Assembly: GCA_030704615.1 (NCBI GenBank)
Contig: CM060734.1
Location: 14,632,001 to 14,696,000, forward strand
Origin: Takakia lepidozioides
Taxonomy: Eukaryota > Plantae > Bryophyta
DNA: 64,000 nucleotides
Reading direction: 5' to 3'
Shown: positions 37,161-50,632 of the stretch, piece after piece
How positions within the stretch are numbered: position 1 is the first letter of the stretch
Layout of the letters: every line of letters starts with the position of its first letter
Made by a program: the position numbers and the translations under genes
Notes under the pieces: generated by a model
Seen by the model: the letters and a program-made list of their open reading frames with translations, nothing else
Database searches by the model: none
What the model was told of the DNA's origin: nothing

Positions 37161-37347
37161 AAAAGAGGTTCTTAGAGTTGCCAAAATTTTGGAAATGCCC
37201 TGACCCATTTCTGATTTTGGGAGCGTCCTGGTTTGGGCGATTGTTTGGCTGGAATGCACACTGGAGGGGGTCACGAATGTCGGGCAGAATTTTCTTTATA
37301 TACTCTGGAAGAGAATTTACATTTACAGAGACTTCATTAAAATTCTA

Positions 37348-40300
37348 TTAATCTTGAAATCATCCGAATCCTCATCCTGTTCTAGACTGTCCTGCTCCTC
37401 CTCCACCCCCTCAGTGCCTCTCTCATCTCCAGCGGACTGCTCGTTGGCCAGGCTTTCGAAAATCCCATCTTCCCCTTGCGGAACTGTCCATCTCACCTCC
37501 GTTGGGTCGTCTTCCTCCCTGTCTGCGTCGCTCTCATCCGCTGAATCACATATGTACTTTCGTACCCGTCTACCTGTCTGAGCTGCTGCCAACTCTTTCC
37601 TTATCCTTCCTTCTGTCCTCCCTAGCCCTCTCCAAAATCTGCTCTACTTTACTGGGATTTCTCACTTCTTCTAATCGCTGTATTTGCGAGTTTAGCTGCA
37701 TAACTAGGAAGGGAGTAGTCCCTCACCGGGCTCGTCATGAAGTCGGCCCTCGCAAAGAACGGGACATTCTTCCTGGCAGGAATGTAGGCCCTACATGTTT
37801 CGACACGGACCCTGCAATCCTGCACATGACAATCATCAACGAGACTAATGAGAACCACAGTCGGGAAATTCCTTTGACATAAATGACCCCGAAGGCTTTG
37901 CAAACTTACAATGTTTGCACTCACTCGTATTCCGGGTTCTCCTCTGCATCAATGTCCACTGTGTCTTCCTCGGACTCCGACGAATCCGAGGAGACTTCCG
38001 CTCTGTCGGGAGCCTTCACATTCCGTTGCAGCCCCTCCAGATGGGATCCCCACACGGATGAATCCTCCTCGTAGGCAAAGAGGTGCCGGTCGGAAAACCG
38101 CCCAGCCCACATTGAGGCACCTGTTAAATGCCATCCACACCATTACCACATGGCGCTTCAGATGTTGCGAACTACATCCTAACGAGAATTGCAGAACAGC
38201 AGAGATCAAGATTCTGCATACCTGTCCCACAGATGAGGTCCAGCACTGTGCCCTCCACGTCTGTGCATGTCTCCATAATTGTCTGAATGAAGGCAGGGCT
38301 CCGAGTCCGTGAGTACCGCAGGGGTTCCGTTGAAGTGAGGCTATGAGGGAGAAGTTCCTTGGGAACGTTGTTGAACAAACGTCGTAATCGAGTGGGTCGC
38401 AGTTCGGTTCAACCTTTCCTCCCTCCTTCCGGAAGCAAAGGTGGAGTTTTCCTTCACAAAGCAGTATGCATCGAACTGCTTCGTCTGCATACACAGGGGA
38501 AAACGATTAGAAACGGAATGCGGCACCGCATTTGAAAGCACCCAAGCAAATAATGGACGAGTGCCAGTGTCGTAATCACCTTCTTCCCTTCCGACCGAAG
38601 GCCCAGTGTGTTGATGCACGTCCACTTCTTTTTTCAGAATCGGGACGGCGCTCTTGCGGGTCCACTTCGCAATTCCTGTCTGAGTGTTTTTTTCCTCTGC
38701 TCGCCAGGACAACCACACAGCCTCTGTCGTCCAACACCATGCGGGCAAGCCCGAATCTTTCTTCCAAAGTCCTCCGAGTACCTGTTCCAAGATGGCAAAG
38801 CTTGCAGTCCTTCCACAGGCTCTCCGTCCGGAATATCCAAGATGATCATATCGCAAGACCACTCGGTGGCATTTCGCGCCCTCCTACAATCCTTGTCTGC
38901 ACACCCCTCTCAAAGAACGAGACCATATTCTGAAATCCTGGGTGTCGGAAGGCTCTTCGGCAGTCGCCTTCTTCAGTGCTCTGCCCTTCAGACCCTCCAT
39001 GGTCTTCATGTATGCCAACTTGGCTGCCCGTCCATCCAAAGCCGCCAAGAAACTCTCATTTACACACTGGACTACAGTTTCGGGAGCCACTTTCGGCCTC
39101 TTCATTTCCACCGGCTCGAAAGGGTGCCCCCTGGGGGGTTGAAGAGTGCCTTCTTTGCCGAGCCAGTTCTCGTGCCTCTCGTGACAACGGTGGGCACAGG
39201 GGAGGCAGCCTGCGTTTGGGGGGGTGGGCTGGTTGCAAAGTCTCCATCGGAGTCCTCTTCCTCACCCTCTTCCTGAACAGGCTGTTTCTGCTTCTTCGTT
39301 TTGGCGGGTGTCACAACAGCTGCTCCTTGCTGGCGAGTCCTCTTCTTCGACCCCTTCTGTTGGGCCTGCACAGCTGCATCCACCGTCTTTTGTGCCATCT
39401 CAGCTGCCTTTCTGGATTCTTCCAGAGCAGCAGATTCCTTTGCCGACTTTGGCCCAGCAGGGACACGTCTTTCCTTTCTCTTCTCTTCTGCCAAGGCGTG
39501 CAGATCTTTCTCAGACTCGTCAACAATACCGCCAGACATGTCCAGGTACCACGGGCATCCAACGAGATGCGCGGGATGCCATTGTTTCTGCATCTCGGGT
39601 GTGTAGACACAGCTGGGCCCGCCACGGTCCAAGCCATGAAGAACGGGGGCTCTTGAGCCAGGGCCCCTGTCTGAAGGAGCACGTATTTCATATACCTGCA
39701 AGGCAGTCAGCATGCGTGAGCAAAAGTTGAGACCAACCTACTGGCAGAGTGCCACCGAAAACATAAAATGCGAATGCGGTGCCGCATTTCCGAGACAAAC
39801 CTCGTAACCAGGCTTCGCATACAAGGGCAGCTGTGCTTCACCTGTAAACAATTCGCATTGCAGCTTTCCCCGCTCCCTCCTGATGTGTAAACTCCACGCT
39901 CCTTCTTGCTGTCTGTAGCTCTCTGGCGAAAAGGTTGTCCTTGTACGCACATCTGAAACGTGTCACGTAGTTCTTCCAATGTCTGTGTTCCATCCCATTT
40001 GACGTACAAGCCGAACGAATTTGTGTGCATTACGACTTGCTCCTTTCGCATTCGACATTACCTGCGATTCCCAAATGCATTGTCACGTAGCAAGTTCAGG
40101 GAATTCATGTCAGAAAAGCAAATCTGGGGAAGTACCTTGAATTACCTGGAACCCCCAAGTCATACGGTTGAGCCACACATCCACTGCAGGGTCGGAAACT
40201 TCCAGTGGAAAAAGACCACATTGTCCTTATGCTCTCGGATGCATTCCAGATCGACAGCCACCGTGTCTGCCATTTCCGATCCAATGTCAGTGGCTGGAAG

Positions 40301-42458
40301 AGAGTGGCTATTGCTAGGAAGGAAATCAGTGCATTGAAACCTCACCTTCTCTTTCGCCTCCACACATGCCGTTGAGAGGTGATGCAGTTTCTCCAATTGC
40401 ATGGTCGGCTGCATGGCCCGAGAATAGTGTTTTGCAATCTCGGGGATGAAGTCCTTTCCAAGTGCCGGATCTGCAATTGCCACCAGCTTCACAAGCTTTG
40501 ACTTGTATTTGGTTCTGGACTTGACACCGGCTTCCTTCAAGTGCTCAGTCAATGACTGAACGTTTTGACCTGCCCCTCACTTTCCATGAAGAAGCGTTTG
40601 GCATGGGCCAAATCCAGCTTGATGTTTGACTGCCAACAAAAACATGCAGAAGCGTTACATTCGATTCATGTGGAAACATTACTGGAAATTGGGGAAGGAT
40701 GAGCAGAGGGAATTGGAGCACGACTTACTTCGTATATCACCTCCACCATTCCATCCATAGTGAGACGATACCATGTCCGGTCTGTTTTTGCAACGGCTTT
40801 CTGAATGAGCTCAGGCTCCAGCATTTCCGCAAACATCTGCGGATCAGTAAGACCAGTTTTCCTCACCCTGTACAGCATATGTGCCATGTGGGTATGCACG
40901 TACGCATTCTCAGTGACCCTGCAAGGCACACTCTCCAGTTCAGTACACGGAAGCACGGAATCAAACCAGAATGGAAACCGAAATGCGGCACCGCATTTCG
41001 AACGTGCTAGGGAGGGTATGTTATCTTACGAGTTGAGGTCCGCCATGGCATTCTTGAGGAGGGAGGAGTCTGCCGCCTTCACCTTGAGGATGACACACCA
41101 CCATGTAATGCCAGCCAATGTGCTTGGCATGGTTCTGCTTGATGTACTCCCACCAGGCGAGAAGTCGTGATTCCCGTCCCACACAAAGAACATTTTTTCC
41201 CGACATATGGCCGAAGTCGGGATCACCCTTCAGCGTCGCCTCGATTCGTGGTTGCGAGTGTGCCAGTGGGTATCCCACGTTGACAATTCATCGGCAGTGG
41301 GTCCACGGGTTTCGCCGTCCTCATTCTCTATGGAAACGTAAAACGCTGCCGATCCCAGACGGTACCCTTCTCGAAATGCGAACTTGAGCTTATCCACATC
41401 TCCGGGAAGGGCCTGCCTGACGATGGGAAGGAGACCATGCGACAGAGTGGGATTCGAAGAGTCCGCTGGAATACCCTGCTGCCCAGAACTCTGCCAATGC
41501 TACTGTGTGTCTCCTCCAACATTTTATCCGCTGCACTTTGAAATCCTCCGGAGACATGTCTGTAGGTGCGGTAGTGGCTGAGCAGGTGGAGCATCCTCAA
41601 CTGGAGCTGCACTCTGGGGCCTGTGTGCGGGCAATTCTGCCATTGCAGAGGCCTCCTCCGGGCCTGCTAGCTCATCGGTGGTGAGGTCTGGCTGCGAACG
41701 TTCAGCGGCAGCACCCTCCTCCGGTACCAATCTCGATCAACGGTCGATCCCATTGCCTTCGCTGCAGCAGAGTCGGCCCCAACATCTGCAGGCGGGAAAT
41801 CCTCCAGGAACTGAGCTTCAGCTCGTGGAAGCGGTTTTGCGGGAGATTGTTCGGCCCGTCGCCCTGATTGCCTTCTGCTTCCTCATCCTTGCAGGTGAAG
41901 GTGTCTGCTGCAATAGAATCTGTCTTCTACCCTGCTGCTTCATTCGCGTTGGGGGGGTGAATCGGCCTGAGCCGGTTCAGAAGCCAGTAGAGGGACGGGC
42001 TGCTTCTTCTTCGACTTTGCTGGAGAAGGGCCCGACCCCTGCTGGCGATTCTCCATGATCGAAGAACGCGAGTCGATCTCTGAGACTTTGAACTTGCCCT
42101 TCGAAGACGCGTCTTTGAATCGCAGAGGGCTAGGCCCGGCAGGAGTCCCCGCGCTCGGGGATCGGGTGGTGTACGTGCTGCAGCTAGCTCCTCGGACTCT
42201 TCCTGCGGCTCTTCGATTCCTGCGATCCCTCCAGCACGTCCACCTTTCCTGTTAGGCATGCAAACATGTTCTGCATTCAAGTCTCCTAGCATTCAGTCTA
42301 AGAATTACAGAAGCAAAATGGGGGGTCGGTGCTCGATCAGCTGCGCGCAGCCCGATCGCATGGAGCTCTCACTGGTGGCTGGTTTGCCTGAGTGGCCTGC
42401 TGCTCGGATATGGCAATCTCCTCCTGTAGACGCATCTGCTTCCTGTCCCCTTCGGCAT
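37348..42458 (-). pseudogene. B2 copy of the ParB-MTase gene, many 1-bp frameshifts (possibly consensus errors)
   Basis: ORF fragments match the B1 protein (MFFVWDGNH, MIILDIPDG, VLDLICGTG). Confidence 0.8.
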
Positions 42459-42848
42459 TGGCCTACGTCCGAAGTATAATTTCCGGAGCTTGCGACGAGG
42501 TCTCCTGTCTGGTGCACGAACTCCCCCCCTCTCAGGTTCGAGCATAAGAAGAGAGAGAGGGAAAAGGGGCAAAGAGTGCAGATGGAAAGGGCGCGAGAGG
42601 GGTGACTGAGGAGACACGACAAAAGTAGATGAACGGCGTTGATGCACCACTTGGGTTCGAAAGGTTGGACGAAAGTGTCTCCTCGTGGAGTTTTGCGTCA
42701 TTACGAAATTCGAATCGTTGAGGGGACGCCTGCCGTCCGAAAATCAACATCATTATCCAACGGTCAGCCGCGCCGCCTCATGCCCCTTCAGTCAGATAGA
42801 GTGCCGACATGTGCAGCAATTCCGTTGCTCCACGTGTTCACATTTCAA

Positions 42849-44485
42849 GGCATTTCGTCCCAGCCGTCTGATGAGTTGGAGCGAGAATGCGAATGCGGCG
42901 CCGCATTTCCGTTAAGTACGATCACTCTGCTACACATCCGTACTTGTTGGAAGAAAATGCGGCACCGCATTTCCGTTCCACCTTCACATACCTTAGTTGT
43001 TGAACGGAAATACGGTGCCGCATTTCCGTCCCACAGCTCCAAGTATGAGATTCAGAAGGGAAATGCGCGCCGCATTTCCGTTCCCACTTCACATACGTTA
43101 GTTGATGAATGGAATGCCGTGCCACATTTCCGTTCGGGAAAGTATAGAGGTCTCACGTGGACAAAATGCGGTGTCGCATTTCCGGTCTGGAAAGGTTGAA
43201 GGTCTCACATGGATGGAAATGCGGCAACACATTTCCGTAGCACAGCTCCAGGCCGAATATACAAACGGAAATGCGGCGCCGCATTTCCGTTCGAGAATGT
43301 CGGAAGGTGCGACTCGAACGGAATGCGGTGCCGCATTCTGTACCCGTTGCGCACGATTTTCAGTCAGAATGGAAATGCGGTACCGCATTTCCGTTCTGTA
43401 GAGTAATAACGTCTGACGCTGGCGGAAATGCCTTCCCGCATTTTCGTTCCACCTCCATGCCTCACATACAAAACGGAAATGCGGTGCCGCATTTCCGTTT
43501 TGAATGTCGGATGGTGGACTCCGACGGAAATGCGTGTACCCGCATTTCAATTCCGATGTTTCAGGATATTTCATCAGAACGGAATGCGGTGCCGCATTTC
43601 CCTTTTTTTTTTTTTTTTAAATGTAACACCTTCCGTTCTGGAATGTGGAGGTTCGACTCGGATGGAAATGCGCTGCGCGCATTTCAGTTCCGATGGTTCA
43701 CGATTTTCAGTCAGAACGGAAATGCGGTGCCGCATTTCCGTTCTGGAATGATGGTAGGTGCGACTCGGATGGAAATACGGTGCCGCATTTCAGTTCAGAT
43801 AGTTCACGATTTTCAGTCAGAACGGAAATGCGGTGCCGCATTTCCGTTCTGGATAGTGTGAATGTCTCAACCGGTCGGAATTGCGCTGTATGAAGCTGTC
43901 GGAATCTTACTCGGCTCCAGGCATCAGATACAAAATGGAAATGCGGCGCCGCATTTCTTTATGGAATGTCGAAAAGTGCGACTCGGACGGAAATGCGGTG
44001 CCGCATTTCTGTTCCCGTTGTTCATATTCTCAATCAGAACGGAAATGCGGTACCGCATTTCCGTTCCACCTTCACATACCGTGCTTGTTGAATAAAATGC
44101 GGTACCGCATTTCCGTTCTCGACAGTATGAATGTCTTTTAAGGACGGAAATGTGCTGCAGCATTTCTATATCCCTCAGCTCCATGCATCACATACAAAAT
44201 GGAAATGCGGCGCCGCATTCCCGTTCTGGAATGTCGAAAAGTGCGACTCGGACGGAAATGCGGTGCCGCATTTCTGTTCCCGTTGTTCATAAACTCAATC
44301 AGAACGGAAATGCGGTACCGCATTTCCGTTCCACCTTCACATACCGTGCTTGCTGGATGGAAATGCGTTACCGCATTCGTTCTGGAGAGTATAAAGGTTT
44401 CCCCCGGACGGAAACTCGGTGCCCGCATTTCCGTCGCTCTGTTGCATGACCAAGATGCAATACGGAAATGCGGCGCCGTATTTCC
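42849..44485. repeat. B2 copy of the 53-bp-period palindrome array
   Basis: Reverse complement of 22894-24590. Confidence 0.9.
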
Positions 44486-44911
44486 GTCCACCGCACTCGA
44501 CATAATCACTCGTGACGGAAATCTGGAACCTCAATGGGTTGCATTGTTCCGAAACAACACAATTGCGGCCAGTCTTGATGAGCACAACTTGGTTGTCTGA
44601 CCGTTTAAACCAGCAGTCCTGGCACTTGTCAGTGCGAACGTTCCTGTCTGCACCGAGAATACTGCTGGATCCACCCTCAGGAGAAACTGTCAGGAGATGT
44701 TATTTCGTCGCCGAATCGGCCATCATTGTCCTACTCACTGGCTAGGAATCACACCTCCCACCTTCATGCATGTATCTTGAAACAATACTTTCCACTTCAA
44801 TGTGCGACTTCCAATTGTCGATGGACTCCGCAGATCCACTTAGATGGTGCCTGTGAGCCTTGGTCTGTCGCTATACTGAACCTCGCACTTGCCAACTCCG
44901 TGCGGTGTTCG

Positions 44912-47900
44912 ATGGCTCCGAATTCCTACGCTATAGTTTGCTTGTCCTCCGCAACTTGGGAGAGCCTGGATCCCAAACGAGGGAGGACTTTGCAGAGTGA
45001 CTGAAACTTACCTTTGTTCCAAATTCAAGCTCAAACCGGGCACAGTTTATTTGGAAGAAGAAAGGAAGGATGTTCCTGGACAGGTTGACGAGACCATTGT
45101 CGTGCTAGGTACGACGGAGGTTGCGGAATCGAATGGCACGTTTCCCACCGTCAGACACCATCCTGTACCGAGCTGTGGGAATGCCCATTCCCTTTCCGAA
45201 TCAGTCGCTGCCCACACCATCCACAAAGGAGTCCGTAAACCGAGAGGCGGCCACTGCCAACCACAATAGGTATGCAACGATAATCATTCCCGACCTGGAC
45301 CGTCAAGACCCTCCATAGCTTCTCGTGTGGACGTTTTCATTTCCATTTCCGACGAGGATGATTGCATTGAGGTACCCATGTCCTCCACACGGTCGTTCAA
45401 ATCCGGCATGGACGTCTCTGTAGGTGGCGCTCATGTGCCCTCGAGCATAACATCCAACCCGGTCCATTGTGCAGCTCCTACGACAACATCACCTCGATGG
45501 TTCTCGCTCCGAGCTGCTGCTCTCGACTATGCCAAATTCCCAGTCAGAAAGGTAACTTTTCTGCCTCCCGAAGTCGATGGCAATGTCATCTTCGAGTTTC
45601 CACCTGTTTCTTCGTCAAAGAAAGCCTCCGGGATGTTAACAGACATGGATCGAAAGCATGACGGACACCCCTGGTGTGTGACGAAGACCAGTAGCACGAA
45701 AATTGCTGATGGTGTTCGTGTACGATATGTCCCTCTGTGCGGGGAAGCTGAGGTGCCTCAATCCCACCTGCTTCCACTTTCTCTCCAAAGGAGGGCGGAG
45801 AAACGAGACGGATTGGACTGGCACAACGCATCATCCATTCATTGTCTCCAGCCAAGCTCCTGCGGGTTCTTTCAAGTGTGCACATTGCAAAGAACCACCG
45901 ACGTGCATGTCCATGTGCAGAGCCAAGCAATATTACGTAATCCATTTGCTCCCGGACTTGACTAGAGCTTGCATACACGTTGGGGTCCACTGCACACCCC
46001 TTGGCGAGAGGCAACATGCGTGAGGCTGTGCAGGAAGCACACGACATCATAAAAGAGGAGGTGAAATTGAGCCCCGGAGCCAGACCAAAGCAGATTCGCT
46101 GAAGGCAGCCCACAAGATTCTCTTGGCAAAATCATGTCTGAAGATGGTTCCGACCGAGAGCCCTTGACCGAAGACGAGATGCGTGACCTCTTGAGTCCGT
46201 CTCGCACGTTTGTAGTCCGAATGTGCGGAATCACATCGTATCTTGCAAGCAGGTTTCGGCAGGGGGTCGGACATGTACTCAATCCTGGAGGTGAAACGAA
46301 TGACTGGATATGACTACATCCAAGGTAGCAGGTTTTCCAGGGCAAGGCAGCGAATCCGATCGTTGTTACATTTTCAAAATGTCGACGTGTGGGCCTGGGA
46401 GTGGAGTCGACTTGGTCACTCGCATGACAACTGGAAACTTGTCGAATGCTTGGGTGATGTTTGATCACATCAAGCGAATTACAAACCATCAGTGGGTGAC
46501 TATGGGTGCGCATGTTTATGACTATCACTCCAAGAGGCTCATGACGATTGCAATCTGCGAGATGAAAGGGGAGGACACACAGTCCGAGATGCATCTGTGG
46601 GAGGGCATAAACGAGCAGATGGCAAGGGCGGGATTGCCAGAGCCCAATTTCAGGGGATTCATGGCAGACAACGCTCAGGCCAACTGGGCAGCGTGCGGCG
46701 TGTGTACGGTGAGGACCCCAATGTTCCAATGGAGGGGAAGAGAGATCCTGTGGATTCCATTGGATGCAGAGTCTATCCCACTACACTACCAAATTTGTTG
46801 CTAGCTCATTCCAGGCTGAACACCGTGTCCTTTGTACGCGTGGAAGGATGCCCACATTTGATGACGCGGAGGTTAAGTTTGCTATCATCGAGGCTTGGGG
46901 AACACGTCAGGTGCAGTGGAGACAACCAATCTGGAGCATTGCACAGCTGGTTGGGGTGGTGGCATTTTCGGTATCGACAGTTCGGACAGTACATGCGGGA
47001 GGTAGGCTGCTGTCATTTTCGTTCATTTGTCTTTCTGTTACGGACATTTCGATTGGTCCCTCACCGTTGTTTGTGTCCTTCTAGGAGCGGTGCTTGGATT
47101 CCGACACGGACATGCCGAACACGAATATGGCAGAATCGGTCCACTCCTCCTGGCGAGCGTCTTCTGCGCACATCTGGTGGACGTATTGACGGCCACAACG
47201 GAGGACATCGACAGAGCATCATGCAATCAAGCAAGCCACGTACTACAAGTTCCTGAGCGGCAACAATGGGGCTTTGGGCCGGACAGAGAGGAATTGTTGG
47301 TACGAACAGCTTCGAGGTCCAAGAATCCAGTGAAATGGGCGACAGCATTGCGAGAGAAGATCAAAGGGACGCCTCTGCAACCGCAGAGGTGAACACCTAG
47401 AGGGGGACGTCCGGACTCGCCCTGTCAGGCGAGGATTGAAGAGGAACCCGGGTGCGAAGAGGATTCCTGGAGATCCGACAGGAACATTCGGACAGCACCC
47501 TCGAGGTCCCGTCATGTTGCCGCACAATGTGTCTTCCAGCAGTGGAAGCCCAAGAAATTCCAGATCGCCGTCGCCTTCAACCGGGGATTTCGTGCAAAAT
47601 TCCCACCGCTCCCTTGCCCCACATTCCGCCCGCTGTTTGCAGTATGGCCAAACCATTGTGGAGACGACTGTGTCTGCCTCACAGTGGAGAATTGCTCGCA
47701 CAAAGCCGTCGTTTCGAGGAAGGTGTTCCGCAATTCGTGTGGATACACGGCAACGTTGTTTAGAGATGATAAGGAGGAATCCAGATGGGGCTGTCCCCTG
47801 CTCCTACTTTTACAGGAAGATTTGTCCATGCAAAGTTTGCGGAGGCGACAACCACCCAGTTCTGGTTCTGCAGGCACGACATTATGACTTGCGTGTATGG

Positions 47901-48512
47901 AAAGCCCAAGTACGGCATACAGACAATGCCAGAGCTCCCCCGGTGTGGCCGGTGGAACCAGGCTGCGATCTGAGTCAGGTTGAGGCCGACGCCCTTACCG
48001 CCGCAGGATTTCGGATGGTGCAGCGCACTGACGTGCCAGACAACCATTTCCGCTTCCACAGCCTCCACCACCGACCCCTGTGAGAGCAAGAACATGGGAC
48101 ACGACAGCTCTAAGCATCCTACACACCCGTTGGGGAAACCGAAGAGCGGCGACCTCCCTCAAAAGTGAACGAGACAAGGATGGGGAATGCACTTCGGATG
48201 AACTGTACAATCCAGAGCTCGACAGAAGTGCCCCCACCAGGATTCGGGCGTGTGTATCAGATGGCCACGGCGGGCTCAGCTGTTCGCAATGAGGTGTACA
48301 CCATCACCATTTCAGAATTACCCACCTGCAATTGCACCGACTTCCAGATCATTGCGAACAAGGGGCATCATACTGCCTTGCAAGCATTTGTACTACGTGT
48401 ACCTAAAGAGACTCCGTTTGTAATTCCACAACTCATCACTTCATACATGCACCAGGGTTGAGCCCCAGGAGGTTCACACACTCTTCTGAATATGGATCCA
48501 GGGGACCAGTGA
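44912..48512 (+). pseudogene. B2 copy of the transposase, frameshifted
   Basis: Fragments identical to the B1 transposase (WVMFDHIK, FMADNA, CNCTDF). Confidence 0.82.
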
Positions 48513-49377
48513 GCTTGGCTTGCGGTCCACATACAATGGTACGCCCATCGGATAGTAGAACTGTACTGCTGCCAGTACCTCAGACTCTGCCTGGCCACAC
48601 AAAGGTCCGACATATGTCTTGCCTACCAGTAACCTGTTTTGATCGAACTAAGATATTACTATATCGTTCACTTGTTTCCACGTGCATGTATTTTTGTATG
48701 TTGGAGGGTTCATGTTTTTCTGCTTTCCGAAACTTGCTCTCCTCATTCGACCTCCGACAAGGAAATGCGGCGCCGAATTTCCAAGTATCGTCGTAGGTAC
48801 CCCCCCAGGGCGGCCTTCGCCAACACCAAACCGCTCCGAAATTTCGCACGTGCGAACCCTAATGCGGCACCCTATTTCCCAGTTCAGTTGCAAACCTTTC
48901 CCGCCGAATACCCGAAGAAGACAGAATTGTGAAGTACTGCAGACTGTATTGTGCAGACTCCATTGGTTCAATCGCGGCAAAAGGGTCAGCTTCATTCCAA
49001 TGTTAAGGCATGTAAAACCGCGAATACTCTATACAGGCCAGTATGCGACGTCCTTTTGCAGTGGTATACTGGATTCCCGTTGCACGGTCACTTATTTCCA
49101 TGAGCGGATCTATAAAACCATGAGCGGACTTGTTACTGACGACATATCTTCGCCGCATTACATGATCTGGAACGTCCAAAAACGGCAAGTCAAATAAAAA
49201 CTATTATTTTAATACTTGTTTAATCTGCCGCATTTCCAAATTTGGAGGAGTCCGCTCATGAATCCGCGTATCTTAGACTTCGGCTCACCGCTCATGCGGC
49301 TCATGCGGCTCATGGCTCATGCTCATGGTTTCTGCTCATGAAATAGTAAACCTTCTGCTCATGAAATAGTAAACCTC

Positions 49378-50632
49378 CCTAGGGTCCCCACTACCACACT
49401 CGCAACACGGAATTCAAAAAAATGCTGAGATGATGCGGTGTTTTGGTGGACCCAGCCAAAATTCCCTCTAACCCCTCTTACTATGAAAGCTGTTGAAAAC
49501 TGGCTCAGCAAAGAAAGACACTCTTCAAACCTCCCGGGGGCTGGCACCCGTGCGAGCTAGTGGAAATGAAGGGCAGGCCAAATTGGAGCCAAACAGTGGA
49601 TTCAGTGTGCGAATGAGAGTTTTTGAGGGCATTTTGGATGGCCGGCGGCCGCCAAGTTAGCACCACATCAAGCAAATGGAAGGCTGAAAGCCAAAGCTCT
49701 TAAGGAAGGCGACTGCAGAAGAGCCTGTAGACACTCCAGGATTTGTAGTCATGATGGATTTCTTTGCAATGACAAGTGAAGGGAAGAATTGCATGAGGCG
49801 TGGGAAACGGATGACTACTGGTCATTGATTTGATCATCTTTGGATATTCCAGATGGAGAGCCTCTGGAAGGACTGGATATTGTCTCTTGGAGCAAGTATT
49901 TCTGAGGACTTTTGGAAGAAAGGGTTTGGGCTAGCTTGCATGGTATTGGATGACAAAGGTTGTGTGGTGGTCCTTGCCAGCAAAGGCAAAAACACAGAGG
50001 CGGGAATTGCCAAGTGGACCCGTAAGAGTGGCGTCCAATTCTGAAGAAGATGTGGACCTGCATCAACTCAATGGGCCTTCGCTCCAAGGGAAACCAGATA
50101 ATTACCGTACTGCCAAACAGAAACCGGTTGGCATTTGTAACTGTGGGATTGGAATGCGGTGCCAAATTCTGCTTATGAATGGGGTCCATTGGATTTCGGC
50201 GGCACGGCATCCGTGCAAAGGAATTGCGGACGATGCTACAGGAACAGTATTTCAGCACTCAGGAGACTATGTATGGAGATGAGAATGAGTTTGCAGACAT
50301 TGCCCTTCATTGCTTATACTCCACAAGATATTTGATTTCCCCCCTTACAGGGACTTGCACGGATGAAGATTGACGGCTCTATGAATGGAGCCGTTTTCAG
50401 TTTCCATCTGTGCCATGGAAACCATGCGCCGCTTTTCTCATCGGACTGTACGTACCCGGTGGAAATAAGGTGCCGCAATTGCTTTCGCGGATCCTATGAC
50501 CGCGGATAAGTACCTATTCCTGTGGACAATCATTTCTGAAAAAAATTACTGCTCATGATTTTTTCGGGCAGTTACGAGTCTGCTCATGGCTCATGCCGCT
50601 CATGGCTCATGGCTCATGAAATAGCAGCCCCC
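49378..50632 (+). mobile_element. Diverged, internally deleted B-related element arm ending in the family B right terminus
   Basis: ~49495-50090 is a diverged, disrupted paralog of 28275-28860 (DIPDG, EDFWKKGFGLACMVLDDKGCVVVLASKGKNT); it ends in gctcatgaaatagcagccccc at 50632. Confidence 0.75.

Larger units (their letters stand above)
34691..49377. mobile_element. Family B copy B2, complete, inverted relative to B1
   Basis: Starts gggggctgctatttcatgagc (34691) and ends gaaatagtaaacctc (49377); colinear reverse complement of 18007-32768 with scattered 1-bp indels. Confidence 0.9.
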
